From Candidatus Enterousia sp. (lineage in GTDB: Bacteria; Pseudomonadota; Alphaproteobacteria; Rs-D84), in NCBI GenBank assembly GCA_045643965.1, contig JAZRGB010000023.1, positions 12,137 to 76,136 on the forward strand: DNA of 64,000 bases, written 5' to 3'. The notes under the pieces were generated by a model, which saw only the letters and a list, made by a program, of their open reading frames with translations, did no database searches and was not told the DNA's origin. Shown in pieces: positions 10,338 through 20,128 of the stretch. The translations under genes were made by a program, and so were the position numbers. The stretch's first letter is position 1, and each line of letters starts with the position of its first letter.

Positions 10338-10428
10338 AACTATAATCCTATATCTTTTTGTTCTCAGAATTATACGCATTCATTTTAATTTTGCAATTAT
10401 CAAATGAAACAGGTATAATTTTACTATT

Positions 10429-11487
10429 ATGTTCAGGTTAAATATCTTAAATCGCTTTTTATTACGCCGATTTTTTTCCGGTGTTGGTTTGGTATTGTTG
10501 GTCGTATGTGGCATCATCATGGCTGTAACATTTGTTGAACGTCTGCCATCAAACCCAAACGCAATTGCGGCATTATATGATGCATGGATACGTCTATTGG
10601 AATACATTCCAATGTTTTTACCAATGGCCGTATTTATGGGCACATTATTAACATCGTACAATCTTACCAAATCCAGCGAAGGTATTATTATATCCAGTGC
10701 AGGACTATCCCCTTATCAGGCAACACGTCCTTTTTTTATCGGTGCATTTTTAATTGGTTTATTTGCAACAACTGTTATTAATCCCTACTCTGTCAAAATC
10801 AGTTCTGAAAATATAACCGCCGAAAATCTACAATTAATCGATGACAAAATCTGGTTACACGAAGGTGGCACAGACAAAACAATCACAATGAACGCCGAAA
10901 CCCTGCACAAGGCAAATAACTCTTTGGAATTTATTAATACAACAATATATATCCAAGGAACCGACTTTAAACTGAAAGAACGCATCACAGCAAACAATGT
11001 AACATTATCAGACAACAAATTATCCACAACAAATGCAACAATCCTGCACCAAGACGGCACAACAACTAATGGCACATGGGAAACAGACACATTATTGACA
11101 CCACAAACTGTTCTGGACAGATATTTACAACCAAATCAAATATCGTTCTGGCAACTGCCATCATTTATCAGAAAAATGCAAAGTATTGGTGCCCCAATAC
11201 GCGGTCATTTGATACAATTATGGACACTGTTATTTTTACCATTAACTATGATTGCAATGGCAACACTGGGGGTTGCATTTTCACAAACAAAGCAACGCAG
11301 AAATTACAGTTTTGGAATCAAGTTTAGTTTGGGAATCATAACATGCTTTGCTTTATACTTTTTAATCAATCTGTTTAACGCATTGGGTGCAACAGGAACA
11401 CTGCCACCAATATTATCTATCATTGCACCACCATTAATTATAATCGCAGGTGCAGGAATATTTATGAACAGTTTTGATACAATATAA
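10429..11487 (+). CDS. LPS export ABC permease, LptF/LptG (YjgP/YjgQ) family
   Basis: 352 aa with three N-terminal TM helices, a central periplasmic domain and three C-terminal TM helices, the typical YjgP/YjgQ topology. Confidence 0.6.
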   Translation: MFRLNILNRFLLRRFFSGVGLVLLVVCGIIMAVTFVERLPSNPNAIAALYDAWIRLLEYIPMFLPMAVFMGTLLTSYNLTKSSEGIIISSAGLSPYQATRPFFIGAFLIGLFATTVINPYSVKISSENITAENLQLIDDKIWLHEGGTDKTITMNAETLHKANNSLEFINTTIYIQGTDFKLKERITANNVTLSDNKLSTTNATILHQDGTTTNGTWETDTLLTPQTVLDRYLQPNQISFWQLPSFIRKMQSIGAPIRGHLIQLWTLLFLPLTMIAMATLGVAFSQTKQRRNYSFGIKFSLGIITCFALYFLINLFNALGATGTLPPILSIIAPPLIIIAGAGIFMNSFDTI

Positions 11488-11647
11488 ACAGATAAACCAA
11501 GGGTTCGAACAATATGCCAATAAAAAAGAAAAAAAAGAAAACAAATTTTCGCATTTTCTTAACCTGGACAATTATTGCAGTATTGATACTATTGATGCTG
11601 ATATCGTTTCCTGCAACCCAACACATGACCGAAATCGTAGTATATCC

Positions 11648-12508
11648 ATGAATTACATAGATATTTTTTTAGAAGCCCTGTCTGCAGAAAAAGGTCGCAG
11701 TGAAAAAACATTGACCAGTTATGCATCTGATTTGCATTTGGCAGACGATGCAATAAATGGCGGTCTGATGAACGCAACAGAATCAGACATACAAAACTAT
11801 CTGTCATCATTACCAGACAAAGCATCTTCAATTGCACGCAAGGCATCTGCCCTGCGTGGGTTTTATAAATTTTTAATGCTGGAAAAAATTATAAAAAACA
11901 ACCCAACAACAAATCTAGAACTACCAAAAAGAAATCGTGCATTACCAAAATTTTTAACTGTTGATGAAATAGAACTATTAATATCTTCGGCCGGCGACAT
12001 ACGCAATTCATTACGTTTGCGTGCCATGATTGAATTATTATATGCATCAGGTCTGCGTGTATCTGAACTGTGCGAATTACCCGTATCTGGCATATTGGGC
12101 AATAAATTATTAATTCATGGCAAAGGTGCAAAAGAAAGACTGGTCCCCATGCACGACGCTGCAATACATGCACTGAACAAATGGATGGACGCACGTGGCG
12201 ATACAGATTCTAAATATGTATTTCCATCAAACGCCAAATCAGGCCATATAACACGTGATGGATTTTTCAAGATTTTAAAAAAATGTGCTGTACTGGCCGG
12301 AATTGATCCAAACCGGGTCAGCCCACACGTTTTGCGTCATTCATTCGCATCACATCTGCTGGCAGGTGGTGCAAATTTACGTGCAATACAAACAATGCTG
12401 GGCCACGAAGACATATCAACAACCCAGATTTACACACATGTAATGCCAGAAAAATTAAAAGAAACAGTATCTAATCATCACCCATTTGCAAACAAGAAAG
12501 GTATATAA
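11648..12508 (+). CDS. xerD: Tyrosine site-specific recombinase XerC/XerD
   Basis: ORF 11474..12508. Start chosen at MNYIDIFLEAL (ATG 11648). The C-terminal catalytic motifs are HVLRHSFASHLLAGGANLRAIQTMLGHEDISTTQIYTH. XerC and XerD cannot be told apart from sequence alone. Confidence 0.8.
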   Translation: MNYIDIFLEALSAEKGRSEKTLTSYASDLHLADDAINGGLMNATESDIQNYLSSLPDKASSIARKASALRGFYKFLMLEKIIKNNPTTNLELPKRNRALPKFLTVDEIELLISSAGDIRNSLRLRAMIELLYASGLRVSELCELPVSGILGNKLLIHGKGAKERLVPMHDAAIHALNKWMDARGDTDSKYVFPSNAKSGHITRDGFFKILKKCAVLAGIDPNRVSPHVLRHSFASHLLAGGANLRAIQTMLGHEDISTTQIYTHVMPEKLKETVSNHHPFANKKGI

Positions 12509-12511
12509 GAA

Positions 12512-13015
12512 ATGATAAAAAAATGCGACCATTTGGGATGTACCAAGGCCGGAACATGCCGTGCCCCAAAAACACGTGACTTAAAAGAATATTGGTTTTT
12601 TTGTCAGGAACACGCTGCAGAATACAACAAAAATTGGAACTTCTATGCAAATATGACCCCCGAAGAAATCGAAGCGGATTGGGAACGTCAAACATTTGGC
12701 GAACCATTAAAAGATGCCAAAACAGCAAATACTGACGCATCAGATTATGCCAGTTTTATAAACGACTTCATCACAGGACGCAGTAAATTTGACCGCATGC
12801 CTGTAAAAAGCAAATTACCAACAACAGTCGTATCTGCATTTCGTGTATTTGATTTGGGTATATCTGCCACATGGCGTGAAGTCGGCGTAAAATATCGTGC
12901 ATTGGCAAAAAAATACCACCCAGACACCGCAACAGATAAAAAAAATGCGGCCACAGAATTTGCAAAAATATCTGCTGCATACGACATATTGAAAAAACAT
13001 TTTGGCAAGAAATAA
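12512..13015 (+). CDS. J-domain protein with an N-terminal Cys-rich (zinc-ribbon-like) region
   Basis: C-terminal J-domain signature YRALAKKYHPD. N-terminal CDHLGC...C...C...FC.EH. Confidence 0.6.
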   Translation: MIKKCDHLGCTKAGTCRAPKTRDLKEYWFFCQEHAAEYNKNWNFYANMTPEEIEADWERQTFGEPLKDAKTANTDASDYASFINDFITGRSKFDRMPVKSKLPTTVVSAFRVFDLGISATWREVGVKYRALAKKYHPDTATDKKNAATEFAKISAAYDILKKHFGKK

Positions 13016-13037
13016 GGCTTTTTTATAAGCCTTTTTT
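13014..13037 (+). terminator. Rho-independent terminator
   Basis: aaggctttttTATAagcctttttt hairpin followed by a T-tract immediately after the J-domain gene. Confidence 0.6.
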
Positions 13038-13070
13038 ATGATATAATTTTATCCAAAAGGAGAATTATAT

Positions 13071-14369
13071 ATGAAAAAGCAATTGTCTGTTATCGTTGGT
13101 GCATTGGCAATTTTGGCCACATCAAATGCGTATTCTGAAACAAATTGGGGCACACGTTCTGGTTCCAGTGTAAACTTGTCCAGCACGCCATCAACACGCA
13201 CACGCGAAAACATAAATTACAAAAAATATCAAACAACAAAACGTACATACACAACCAAAGATTCTGGTGACCTGTATTATACAAAACCTGCAAATCGCAG
13301 TGCATTGTACAAAGAATACACAGGTGCAAATTCTTCACGTGCAACAGAAACAAAAACAACAGTACGCAAGGTACGTTCTGAAACAGCACGCACAACAGCA
13401 AAACGCAAATACTTTTTGGCACACCCATTTTTCCAACCATTGGGTGGCAAATTCGGTTCTATAACAGACCTGTCATATACTAACAGTTCATATGATTTCA
13501 CAATGAATCAAACTGTTCCTTTTTATGATAACACAGGCACACCTTTGACACCATCTACAACACCATTATCTGACCTGACAGCCAATTGGACTACAAAGCA
13601 ATTAGTTATCAAAGAAGATTTCAGTTATGGTATCACAGATCGTTTTGCGATTTTGGGAATGCTGCAATATAATTCTTCTGATTACGAAACAGAATATGAC
13701 GATCCAACTGCCCCAAAAGACAAAATGAGTGACAGTGGTCTGAATTTATATGGTCTGGGCGTACAATGGCGTTTTGTTGATAACGACCAATGGATTGCAA
13801 TGGCGTCCGGATATTTCCAACATCAAAAAGACATCGCAAATAACTTTATTCTGGAAGCCAAGGCAGGATATAAAGTACAACGTTCTACAATCTATGGTTT
13901 GGCACGTGGTTGGTATATTGATTTAGAAGGCAATTCTTATGGCAACGCCATTTCTGGCAACGAAGTAAACGGCGATCCTTCTATGATGTATTTACCATAC
14001 CAAGTTGGCGACACCAGTGCAATGTATCTGGAAGGTGGCTTGGGTGTATTCAGTGTCTTAAACCAAGACTGGACATTAAATGTTGAAGCGGTATTGGGCA
14101 ACTATGACTGGCATAACCAGGCATCCGTAAAGGCCGCAATCGCATGGCAACCAAATGATTGGTTTGCACTGAACCTGTACGGTAAAACATCTATTTATGA
14201 TACTGCAAATGATAAAACCCTTGATTTGTATTATCAGAACCCACAAATTAAAATAGATAACGGTGCTGGCGGTCAAATATCTTTGGACAGCCTGTACCCC
14301 GTTGGAACAGCAGACTTGGATAAATATTCAGAAATGACAATCGGTCTGCAAGCAATATTCCAATTCTAA
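13071..14369 (+). CDS. Outer-membrane beta-barrel protein (hypothetical)
   Basis: Signal peptide MKKQLSVIVGALAILATSNAYS, alternating amphipathic beta-strand pattern, and a C-terminal aromatic residue (…IFQF). Confidence 0.55.
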   Translation: MKKQLSVIVGALAILATSNAYSETNWGTRSGSSVNLSSTPSTRTRENINYKKYQTTKRTYTTKDSGDLYYTKPANRSALYKEYTGANSSRATETKTTVRKVRSETARTTAKRKYFLAHPFFQPLGGKFGSITDLSYTNSSYDFTMNQTVPFYDNTGTPLTPSTTPLSDLTANWTTKQLVIKEDFSYGITDRFAILGMLQYNSSDYETEYDDPTAPKDKMSDSGLNLYGLGVQWRFVDNDQWIAMASGYFQHQKDIANNFILEAKAGYKVQRSTIYGLARGWYIDLEGNSYGNAISGNEVNGDPSMMYLPYQVGDTSAMYLEGGLGVFSVLNQDWTLNVEAVLGNYDWHNQASVKAAIAWQPNDWFALNLYGKTSIYDTANDKTLDLYYQNPQIKIDNGAGGQISLDSLYPVGTADLDKYSEMTIGLQAIFQF

Positions 14370-14382
14370 CATAAACATAACT

Positions 14383-14409
14383 TGATATTCCCGTATCATA
14401 CGGGAATAT
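14383..14409. promoter_or_regulatory. Perfect 12-bp-arm palindrome (gatattcccgta tca tacgggaatatc)
   Basis: Read directly from the sequence between the two OMP genes. There is no T-tract after it, so an operator or RNA hairpin is likelier than a classical terminator. Confidence 0.4.
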
Positions 14410-14433
14410 CATCCCAGGAGAGAGAGTCCCATC

Positions 14434-15171
14434 ATGCGTAAATTTTTATCCGTATTTTTTGTCAGTGCTTTTATCGCCCTGCCCGTATCATCATATGCAA
14501 ATGTATTGGAACACGATACATCTGATCCACTATATTTACTAAACACCGAAGAATTGTTAAGTCAAACATCTGTATCCTACTGGAATCACATGTTACGTAT
14601 CGGTCAAGGCATATCTTATGGTATGAATCAACGTTTATCAATTGGTGCAAACGTTCATTACCAACACCACTTTAACGGTGACATGGATGGATTTTCTGCT
14701 ATTGATTTGGGGGCAACATATCGTATGACACGTGCAACAGACACAGAATCACGTGTTATATCCGACCTGATATTTGGGTTTAAATTCGGCGGCAGTTCTC
14801 ATGCCCGCACACCATATTATGCAGATTCTACATACTATGCAGGTCTGCGATTTGGACGTCAATGGGCCGGCATGACATTGGCAGCAACAATCAAATCCAG
14901 TTGGGTCTTTGATGATGAACGTGGAATGTCATTTATTGACTTTATACCCGAAGCATATTTCAGAATTGCACCAGATTGGCGTATTGGCGGTGGCTTTACA
15001 ATTCGCAAGGCAACAAACCGTGATCCAGTCACAGGTGACGATTATGACCAAGAATGGCTGAACACAAAACTGGTCCGTCAATTTGGCCGCACACAATACA
15101 TTGGTCATATCGACTATGAATTCGAAAGCGATGAAATTCAATTCGGCGGAAAGTTGAATATTGTATTTTAA
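14434..15171 (+). CDS. Outer-membrane beta-barrel protein (hypothetical, OmpA/OmpW-like size)
   Basis: Signal peptide MRKFLSVFFVSAFIALPVSSYA and C-terminal …LNIVF. Confidence 0.5.
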   Translation: MRKFLSVFFVSAFIALPVSSYANVLEHDTSDPLYLLNTEELLSQTSVSYWNHMLRIGQGISYGMNQRLSIGANVHYQHHFNGDMDGFSAIDLGATYRMTRATDTESRVISDLIFGFKFGGSSHARTPYYADSTYYAGLRFGRQWAGMTLAATIKSSWVFDDERGMSFIDFIPEAYFRIAPDWRIGGGFTIRKATNRDPVTGDDYDQEWLNTKLVRQFGRTQYIGHIDYEFESDEIQFGGKLNIVF

Positions 15172-15172
15172 T

Positions 15173-15206
15173 AAAAATCGGGAATTTTTATTCCCGATTT
15201 TTTTCT
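15173..15206. terminator. Bidirectional Rho-independent terminator
   Basis: aaaatcgggaatttttattcccgatttttt between the convergent OMP gene and trxB. Confidence 0.7.
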
Positions 15207-15213
15207 CTACAAA

Positions 15214-16113
15214 TTATGATAACTTATTCAAATAGGCAATTGCGTCCATACCAGCACTGCACCCAGTACCAACAGCGGTTGCAATCTGCATTTTCAAATC
15301 GCTGTGAACATCACCTGCAACGAACATACCTGCTGGCAATTCAGATGGTGCCAGTCGCCCCAGCCCATCACGTTTAATATCTTCTGATAAATAGTCTGTG
15401 TTTGCTTCGTGTCCGATTGCAACAAAAACACCATCCACAACCAATTGTTCACCCGTTGTTGTTGTGACAATCAGTTCACCATCTGTGGAATCTGTTTTTT
15501 CTTCGATTTTTTCTAAATCTGTATTAAACAAGCATTCAATATTTTCACGCTGTGCAACGCGTTCACGCAATATTGCTTCGGCACGGAAAAATTCAGATTT
15601 ACGATAAACAATTTTTACAGTCTTGGCCAAATCTGCCAAATACAACGCATCATTTAATGCACTGTTTCCGCCACCCATAACGATTACTGTTTTACCACTG
15701 TAAAAGAAACCATCGCATGTTGCACAATATGAAACGCCACGTCCCATCAATTCACGTGCACCTGCGATTTCCAGTTTACGTGGACTGGCACCTGTGGCAA
15801 CAATCACTGTTTTTCCAACATATTCTTTATTATTTGCGGTAACAACAAATTCATCATTTTCATTTTTCACAACACTTGTCGCACAAACAAATTCAACATT
15901 TGCACCAAATGATTCCGCCTGATTTTTCATAAATTCAGCCAATTCACTTCCACTGCCGGCCCAGCCTGGATAATTTTCCAATGTTGCGATACCTGCCATC
16001 TGGCCACCTAATCTGTCACCGCCCAAAACGATTGTTTTCTTATTTGCACGTGCCGCATACAATGCCGCAGTTAATCCCGCAGGCCCAGAACCTAAAATAA
16101 TTACATCATACAT
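15214..16113 (-). CDS. trxB: Thioredoxin-disulfide reductase
   Basis: MYDVIILGSGPAGLTAALYAARA (FAD GxGxxG), CATCDG redox-active site, second NAD(P) GGGNSA motif. Confidence 0.92.
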   Translation of the reverse strand: MYDVIILGSGPAGLTAALYAARANKKTIVLGGDRLGGQMAGIATLENYPGWAGSGSELAEFMKNQAESFGANVEFVCATSVVKNENDEFVVTANNKEYVGKTVIVATGASPRKLEIAGARELMGRGVSYCATCDGFFYSGKTVIVMGGGNSALNDALYLADLAKTVKIVYRKSEFFRAEAILRERVAQRENIECLFNTDLEKIEEKTDSTDGELIVTTTTGEQLVVDGVFVAIGHEANTDYLSEDIKRDGLGRLAPSELPAGMFVAGDVHSDLKMQIATAVGTGCSAGMDAIAYLNKLS

Positions 16114-16272
16114 TTGATTTTCTTCCTTTACTTTTTCCTGGGGTCAATATAACAAAAATTACAAACCCACACAACCAAAATTATCAACATTTAAAACAGT
16201 TACACAAATTCTTTACAAACATTATAAACAGTTATAGAATACAATCCGAAATTATGACAAAGGACAATTAAT

Positions 16273-17550
16273 ATGTTGGATATAAAATTTATTCGTGAAA
16301 ACCCAGACACAGTTAAAAAAGCATGTGAATTAAAAGGCATGACAGATTATACAGATCAAATCTTGGAACTGGATGCACGCGTTCGTGAACTAAAAACAAT
16401 TACACAAAGCAAAACTGCTGAAAAAAATAAAATCACACGTGAAATACCAACCGCCACAGACAAGGCACCATTGATTGCAAAATCCAAAGAAATCAATGCA
16501 GAAATCGCAAATGACTTGGCAGAATTGGCAAACAAAGAACAAGAATTAAACGAACTGTTGCATTGTGTTCCACAAATACCAAGTGCAGACACACCATTTG
16601 GCCATGACGATTCTGAAAATGTCGAAGTTCGTCGTGTTGGCACACCACGTGAATTTGATTTTACACCACGTCCACAATGGGAACTGTTGGAAATGAACAA
16701 CTGGTATAAACCTGAAAAAATTGCATCAATTTGTGGCACACGTACATATGCCCTGTTCGGTGAAGCAGCAGAACTGGAACTGGCGATTCAAACATACGTA
16801 TTGCAAAAATTAATTGCCAAAGGTTTCACATTTGTAAACTGCCCTGCAATAACAAAACCACAAACAATCTTTAATGCAGGTCACTTCAAGGGAACAGATG
16901 TATCTGTTATGAACAATGATGTATTTATGCTGACTGATACAGACAGATGCTTGGCTGGAACTGCTGAAATCATTTTAAACTCACTGCACAGCGATGAAGT
17001 TTTAAATGAAAAAGACCTGCCAATTAAATATGCCGGTTTTTCACCATGTTTCCGCAAAGAAGCCGGTGCTGCTGGTCGTGACACTCGCGGAATCGTTCGC
17101 ATACATCAATTTAACAAGGTTGAACAATATATCTATTGCACACCTGAACAATCTGATGAAATGCATGAACATTTATTAAATAATCTGTGTGAAATTATGG
17201 AAGATTTAGAATTACCATATCGCGTTATTATGGCATGTACTGGCGACATGGGATTCAACAAAGTAAAAATGCACGACGTCGAAGCATGGTTCCCAAGTGA
17301 AAACACATATCGTGAACTGGGTTCTTGTTCTTCGATTGGTCAATTCCAAGCACGCAGAACAAATACCAGATACCGTGCCACAGATGGCAGTATGCAATTC
17401 TGTGCAACATTGAACAACACTGGAATTGCCCTGCCACGTGCAATTGTACCTGTTATTGAAAACCACCAAAACCCAGACGGTTCTGTCAATATTCCAAAGG
17501 CACTGCAACCATTAATGGGTGGCCGAACAAAAATCGGTGGAAAGCATTAA
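16273..17550 (+). CDS. serS: Serine--tRNA ligase
   Basis: N-terminal coiled-coil tRNA-binding arm (MLDIKFIRENPD...) and class II core motifs (FRKEAGAAGRDTRGIVRIHQFNKVE). Confidence 0.92.
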   Translation: MLDIKFIRENPDTVKKACELKGMTDYTDQILELDARVRELKTITQSKTAEKNKITREIPTATDKAPLIAKSKEINAEIANDLAELANKEQELNELLHCVPQIPSADTPFGHDDSENVEVRRVGTPREFDFTPRPQWELLEMNNWYKPEKIASICGTRTYALFGEAAELELAIQTYVLQKLIAKGFTFVNCPAITKPQTIFNAGHFKGTDVSVMNNDVFMLTDTDRCLAGTAEIILNSLHSDEVLNEKDLPIKYAGFSPCFRKEAGAAGRDTRGIVRIHQFNKVEQYIYCTPEQSDEMHEHLLNNLCEIMEDLELPYRVIMACTGDMGFNKVKMHDVEAWFPSENTYRELGSCSSIGQFQARRTNTRYRATDGSMQFCATLNNTGIALPRAIVPVIENHQNPDGSVNIPKALQPLMGGRTKIGGKH

Positions 17551-17578
17551 AAAACGCCCGTTTGGGCGTATTTTTATT
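17549..17578. terminator. Bidirectional Rho-independent terminator
   Basis: aaaaaacgcccgtttgggcgtattttt between serS and the convergent hypothetical gene. Confidence 0.7.
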
Positions 17579-18146
17579 TCTGAAACGATTGTGCTATTTC
17601 AACAAACGGACGTGCAAAACAATTTGCAGATTCGATTGCTAATTTACTTTTATATTTCTTTGCATTTTCAACAATTTCTTTTGAATATGTATCGCTGTGT
17701 CCATCATACATCCATTGTTGTACAGCACGACAGAAACGATAATATTCTGCACCATTACCATTAAAGAATACACTTGTTGCTTTGTTCCAAACAATACCTG
17801 TTGGATCTTGGACAATATAATAAGCAGAAGAAAAATCTCTTAACCCCTTTGCATCTGCATATTCCACCGCACGTTTACGCCATGCTGCTTCTGTTGTTTC
17901 ACGTGAAAAATACAAATCTGGATTTTTTGCAACCTGTTCCATAAACACCAAACTGCGTGCTGCATCACAACGCTTTTGCAAATCCATATTTTTCCAAATT
18001 GATTTAATACGTACACGTGCCAAATCTGTTAAACTTTTCAGTCCAACTTTTATTGCTTCACGAACTTCTTGTTCTTTATAAGTCTTATACATAATCCCAA
18101 CTCCTTTGGTTATTATTACATCACCGTCACAATTAAATATAGACAA
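17574..18146 (-). CDS. Hypothetical protein
   Basis: 190-aa ORF with coding-like codon usage and no recognisable motifs. The start may be MYKTYKEQ at 18092. Confidence 0.45.
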   Translation of the reverse strand: MSIFNCDGDVIITKGVGIMYKTYKEQEVREAIKVGLKSLTDLARVRIKSIWKNMDLQKRCDAARSLVFMEQVAKNPDLYFSRETTEAAWRKRAVEYADAKGLRDFSSAYYIVQDPTGIVWNKATSVFFNGNGAEYYRFCRAVQQWMYDGHSDTYSKEIVENAKKYKSKLAIESANCFARPFVEIAQSFQK

Positions 18147-18256
18147 AACAACACAAATGTCAATATTTTTACAAAAAAATATTCATAAATTCTTGAAAAA
18201 TGTAAATTTTCGTTATACCCTGTACTGGAAATTCAAAAAAATATGGGGCAAAACTT

Positions 18257-20089
18257 ATGAAAATACGCAATATTGCAATTATTGCACACGTTGACCATGG
18301 AAAAACAACCTTGGTTGATAATATGTTAAAGCAAGCAGGCACATTTCGTGAAAACGAAAAAGTCGAAGACCGTGTTATGGACAGCGGTGATATTGAACGC
18401 GAACGCGGCATTACTATTTCTGCAAAACCCACATCTATTCAGTGGGGCGAATACAAGATTAATATTGTTGACACACCTGGGCACGCAGACTTTGGTGGCG
18501 AAGTAGAACGAATCCTGTCGATGGTTGACGGTGTGGTATTATTGGTTGACAGTGCCGAAGGTCCACTGCCCCAAACAAAGTTCGTATTATCCAAGGCATT
18601 AAAACTGGGCCTGCGTCCAATTGTATGTATTAACAAGGTTGACCGTGGCGACGCACGACCAGATGAAGTTTTAACAGAAACATTTGATCTGTTCGACAAA
18701 CTGGGTGCAACAGATTCACAACTTGATTTCCCATATTTATATTCTGTTGGTCGTGATGGTTGGGCTGTTCGTGATTTGAACGACGAACGCAAAGATTTGA
18801 CACCATTGTTCCAATTAATTGTTGATCATGTACCTGCCCCAGACTGTAACGGCGAACGTTGTCAGTTGGACGCACCATTTACAATGTTGGCAACAACATT
18901 AGAAGCAGATCCATACGTCGGTCGAATTTTAACAGGTAAAATTGAATCAGGTACAGTTCGCGTTGGTCAATCTGTCAAAGCAATCAACCGAAACGGCGAA
19001 TTTATCGAAAACGCCAAGATTACAAAAATCATTGAACATCGCGGTGTTGAAAAAATCTCACGCGACACTGCATCTGCTGGTGACATTGTTGTTGTGGCTG
19101 GTTTTTCCAAGGCAACTGTGGCAGACACACTGTGCGATCCATCTGTTACCGAACCAATTCCTGCGATGCCGATTGATCCGCCAACCCTGACAATGACATT
19201 CTTTGTTAACACATCACCATTGGCGGGTAAGTCTGGTAAAAAATTAACATCACGCATGATTGGCGAACGCCTGTTCAAAGAAGCAGAAACAAACATTGCG
19301 TTAAAAGTTGAACAAAGTGAAAACAACGAAGCATTCGAAGTATCTGGTCGTGGTGAATTACAACTGGGCATTTTAATTGAAACAATGCGTCGCGAAGGTT
19401 TTGAATTATCAGTATCACGTCCACGCGTTGTTATGATTGAAAATGAAAATGGCGAAAAACTGGAACCAATCGAAGACGTTGTAATTGACGTTGATGACGA
19501 ATTCAGCGGTGTTGTTATTGAAAAAATGACAAAACGCAAGGCAACAATCACCGAAATGAAGGCATCAGGCGGCGGCAAAACACGTATTGTATTTTCTGCC
19601 CCGTCACGTGGTTTGATTGGATACTTGTCAGAATTCCGAACAGACACACGTGGCACAGGTATTATGAACCGTGTATTTGATAAATACGATGTGTATCGTG
19701 GTCCAATACAACAATATCGCCCAGGTGTATTGGTATCTATGGAAAAAGGCAGTGCTGCAACATATGCATTATTTAATTTGCAACCACGTGGCACACTGTT
19801 TATCGACCCACAAACCGAAGTATATTCTGGTATGATTATCGGCGAACACAGCAAAGAAAACGACTTGGAAGTTAATCCAATCAAGGGTAAAGAATTAACA
19901 AACATGCGTTCCGTTACAGCGGATGAAAAATTATTCTTGGCTCCTCCTCGTCGCATATCACTGGAAGAAGCACTGTCATATATCTTGGATGATGAATTGG
20001 TTGAAATCACACCTGACACAATTCGTCTGCGTAAAAAAGAATTAGACAGCAACACACGTAAAAAATTAAAGAAACATATCGAAGAATAA
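18257..20089 (+). CDS. typA: Translational GTPase TypA/BipA
   Basis: NIAIIAHVDHGKTTLVD, DTPGHADF, NKVD GTPase motifs and an EF-G-like domain arrangement, 610 aa. Confidence 0.92.
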   Translation: MKIRNIAIIAHVDHGKTTLVDNMLKQAGTFRENEKVEDRVMDSGDIERERGITISAKPTSIQWGEYKINIVDTPGHADFGGEVERILSMVDGVVLLVDSAEGPLPQTKFVLSKALKLGLRPIVCINKVDRGDARPDEVLTETFDLFDKLGATDSQLDFPYLYSVGRDGWAVRDLNDERKDLTPLFQLIVDHVPAPDCNGERCQLDAPFTMLATTLEADPYVGRILTGKIESGTVRVGQSVKAINRNGEFIENAKITKIIEHRGVEKISRDTASAGDIVVVAGFSKATVADTLCDPSVTEPIPAMPIDPPTLTMTFFVNTSPLAGKSGKKLTSRMIGERLFKEAETNIALKVEQSENNEAFEVSGRGELQLGILIETMRREGFELSVSRPRVVMIENENGEKLEPIEDVVIDVDDEFSGVVIEKMTKRKATITEMKASGGGKTRIVFSAPSRGLIGYLSEFRTDTRGTGIMNRVFDKYDVYRGPIQQYRPGVLVSMEKGSAATYALFNLQPRGTLFIDPQTEVYSGMIIGEHSKENDLEVNPIKGKELTNMRSVTADEKLFLAPPRRISLEEALSYILDDELVEITPDTIRLRKKELDSNTRKKLKKHIEE

Positions 20090-20117
20090 AAAATCCGCCA
20101 AACGGCGGATTTTTTTA
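20089..20117. terminator. Bidirectional Rho-independent terminator
   Basis: aaaaatccgccaaacggcggattttttt between typA and the convergent Cys-rich protein gene. Confidence 0.75.
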
Positions 20118-20128
20118 AATCATTTTAT

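Noticed and set aside
12512-13015. Whether the J-domain protein is DjlA or DnaJ itself
   Set aside because: It is too short (167 aa) and lacks the G/F and zinc-finger CxxCxGxG repeats of DnaJ and the TM domain of DjlA. It is kept as a generic J-domain protein.
18967-20055. 362-aa minus-strand ORF overlapping typA
   Set aside because: It lies entirely antisense to the highly conserved typA/bipA gene. Its Ser/Ile-rich low-complexity translation has no start context. It is a typical shadow ORF.
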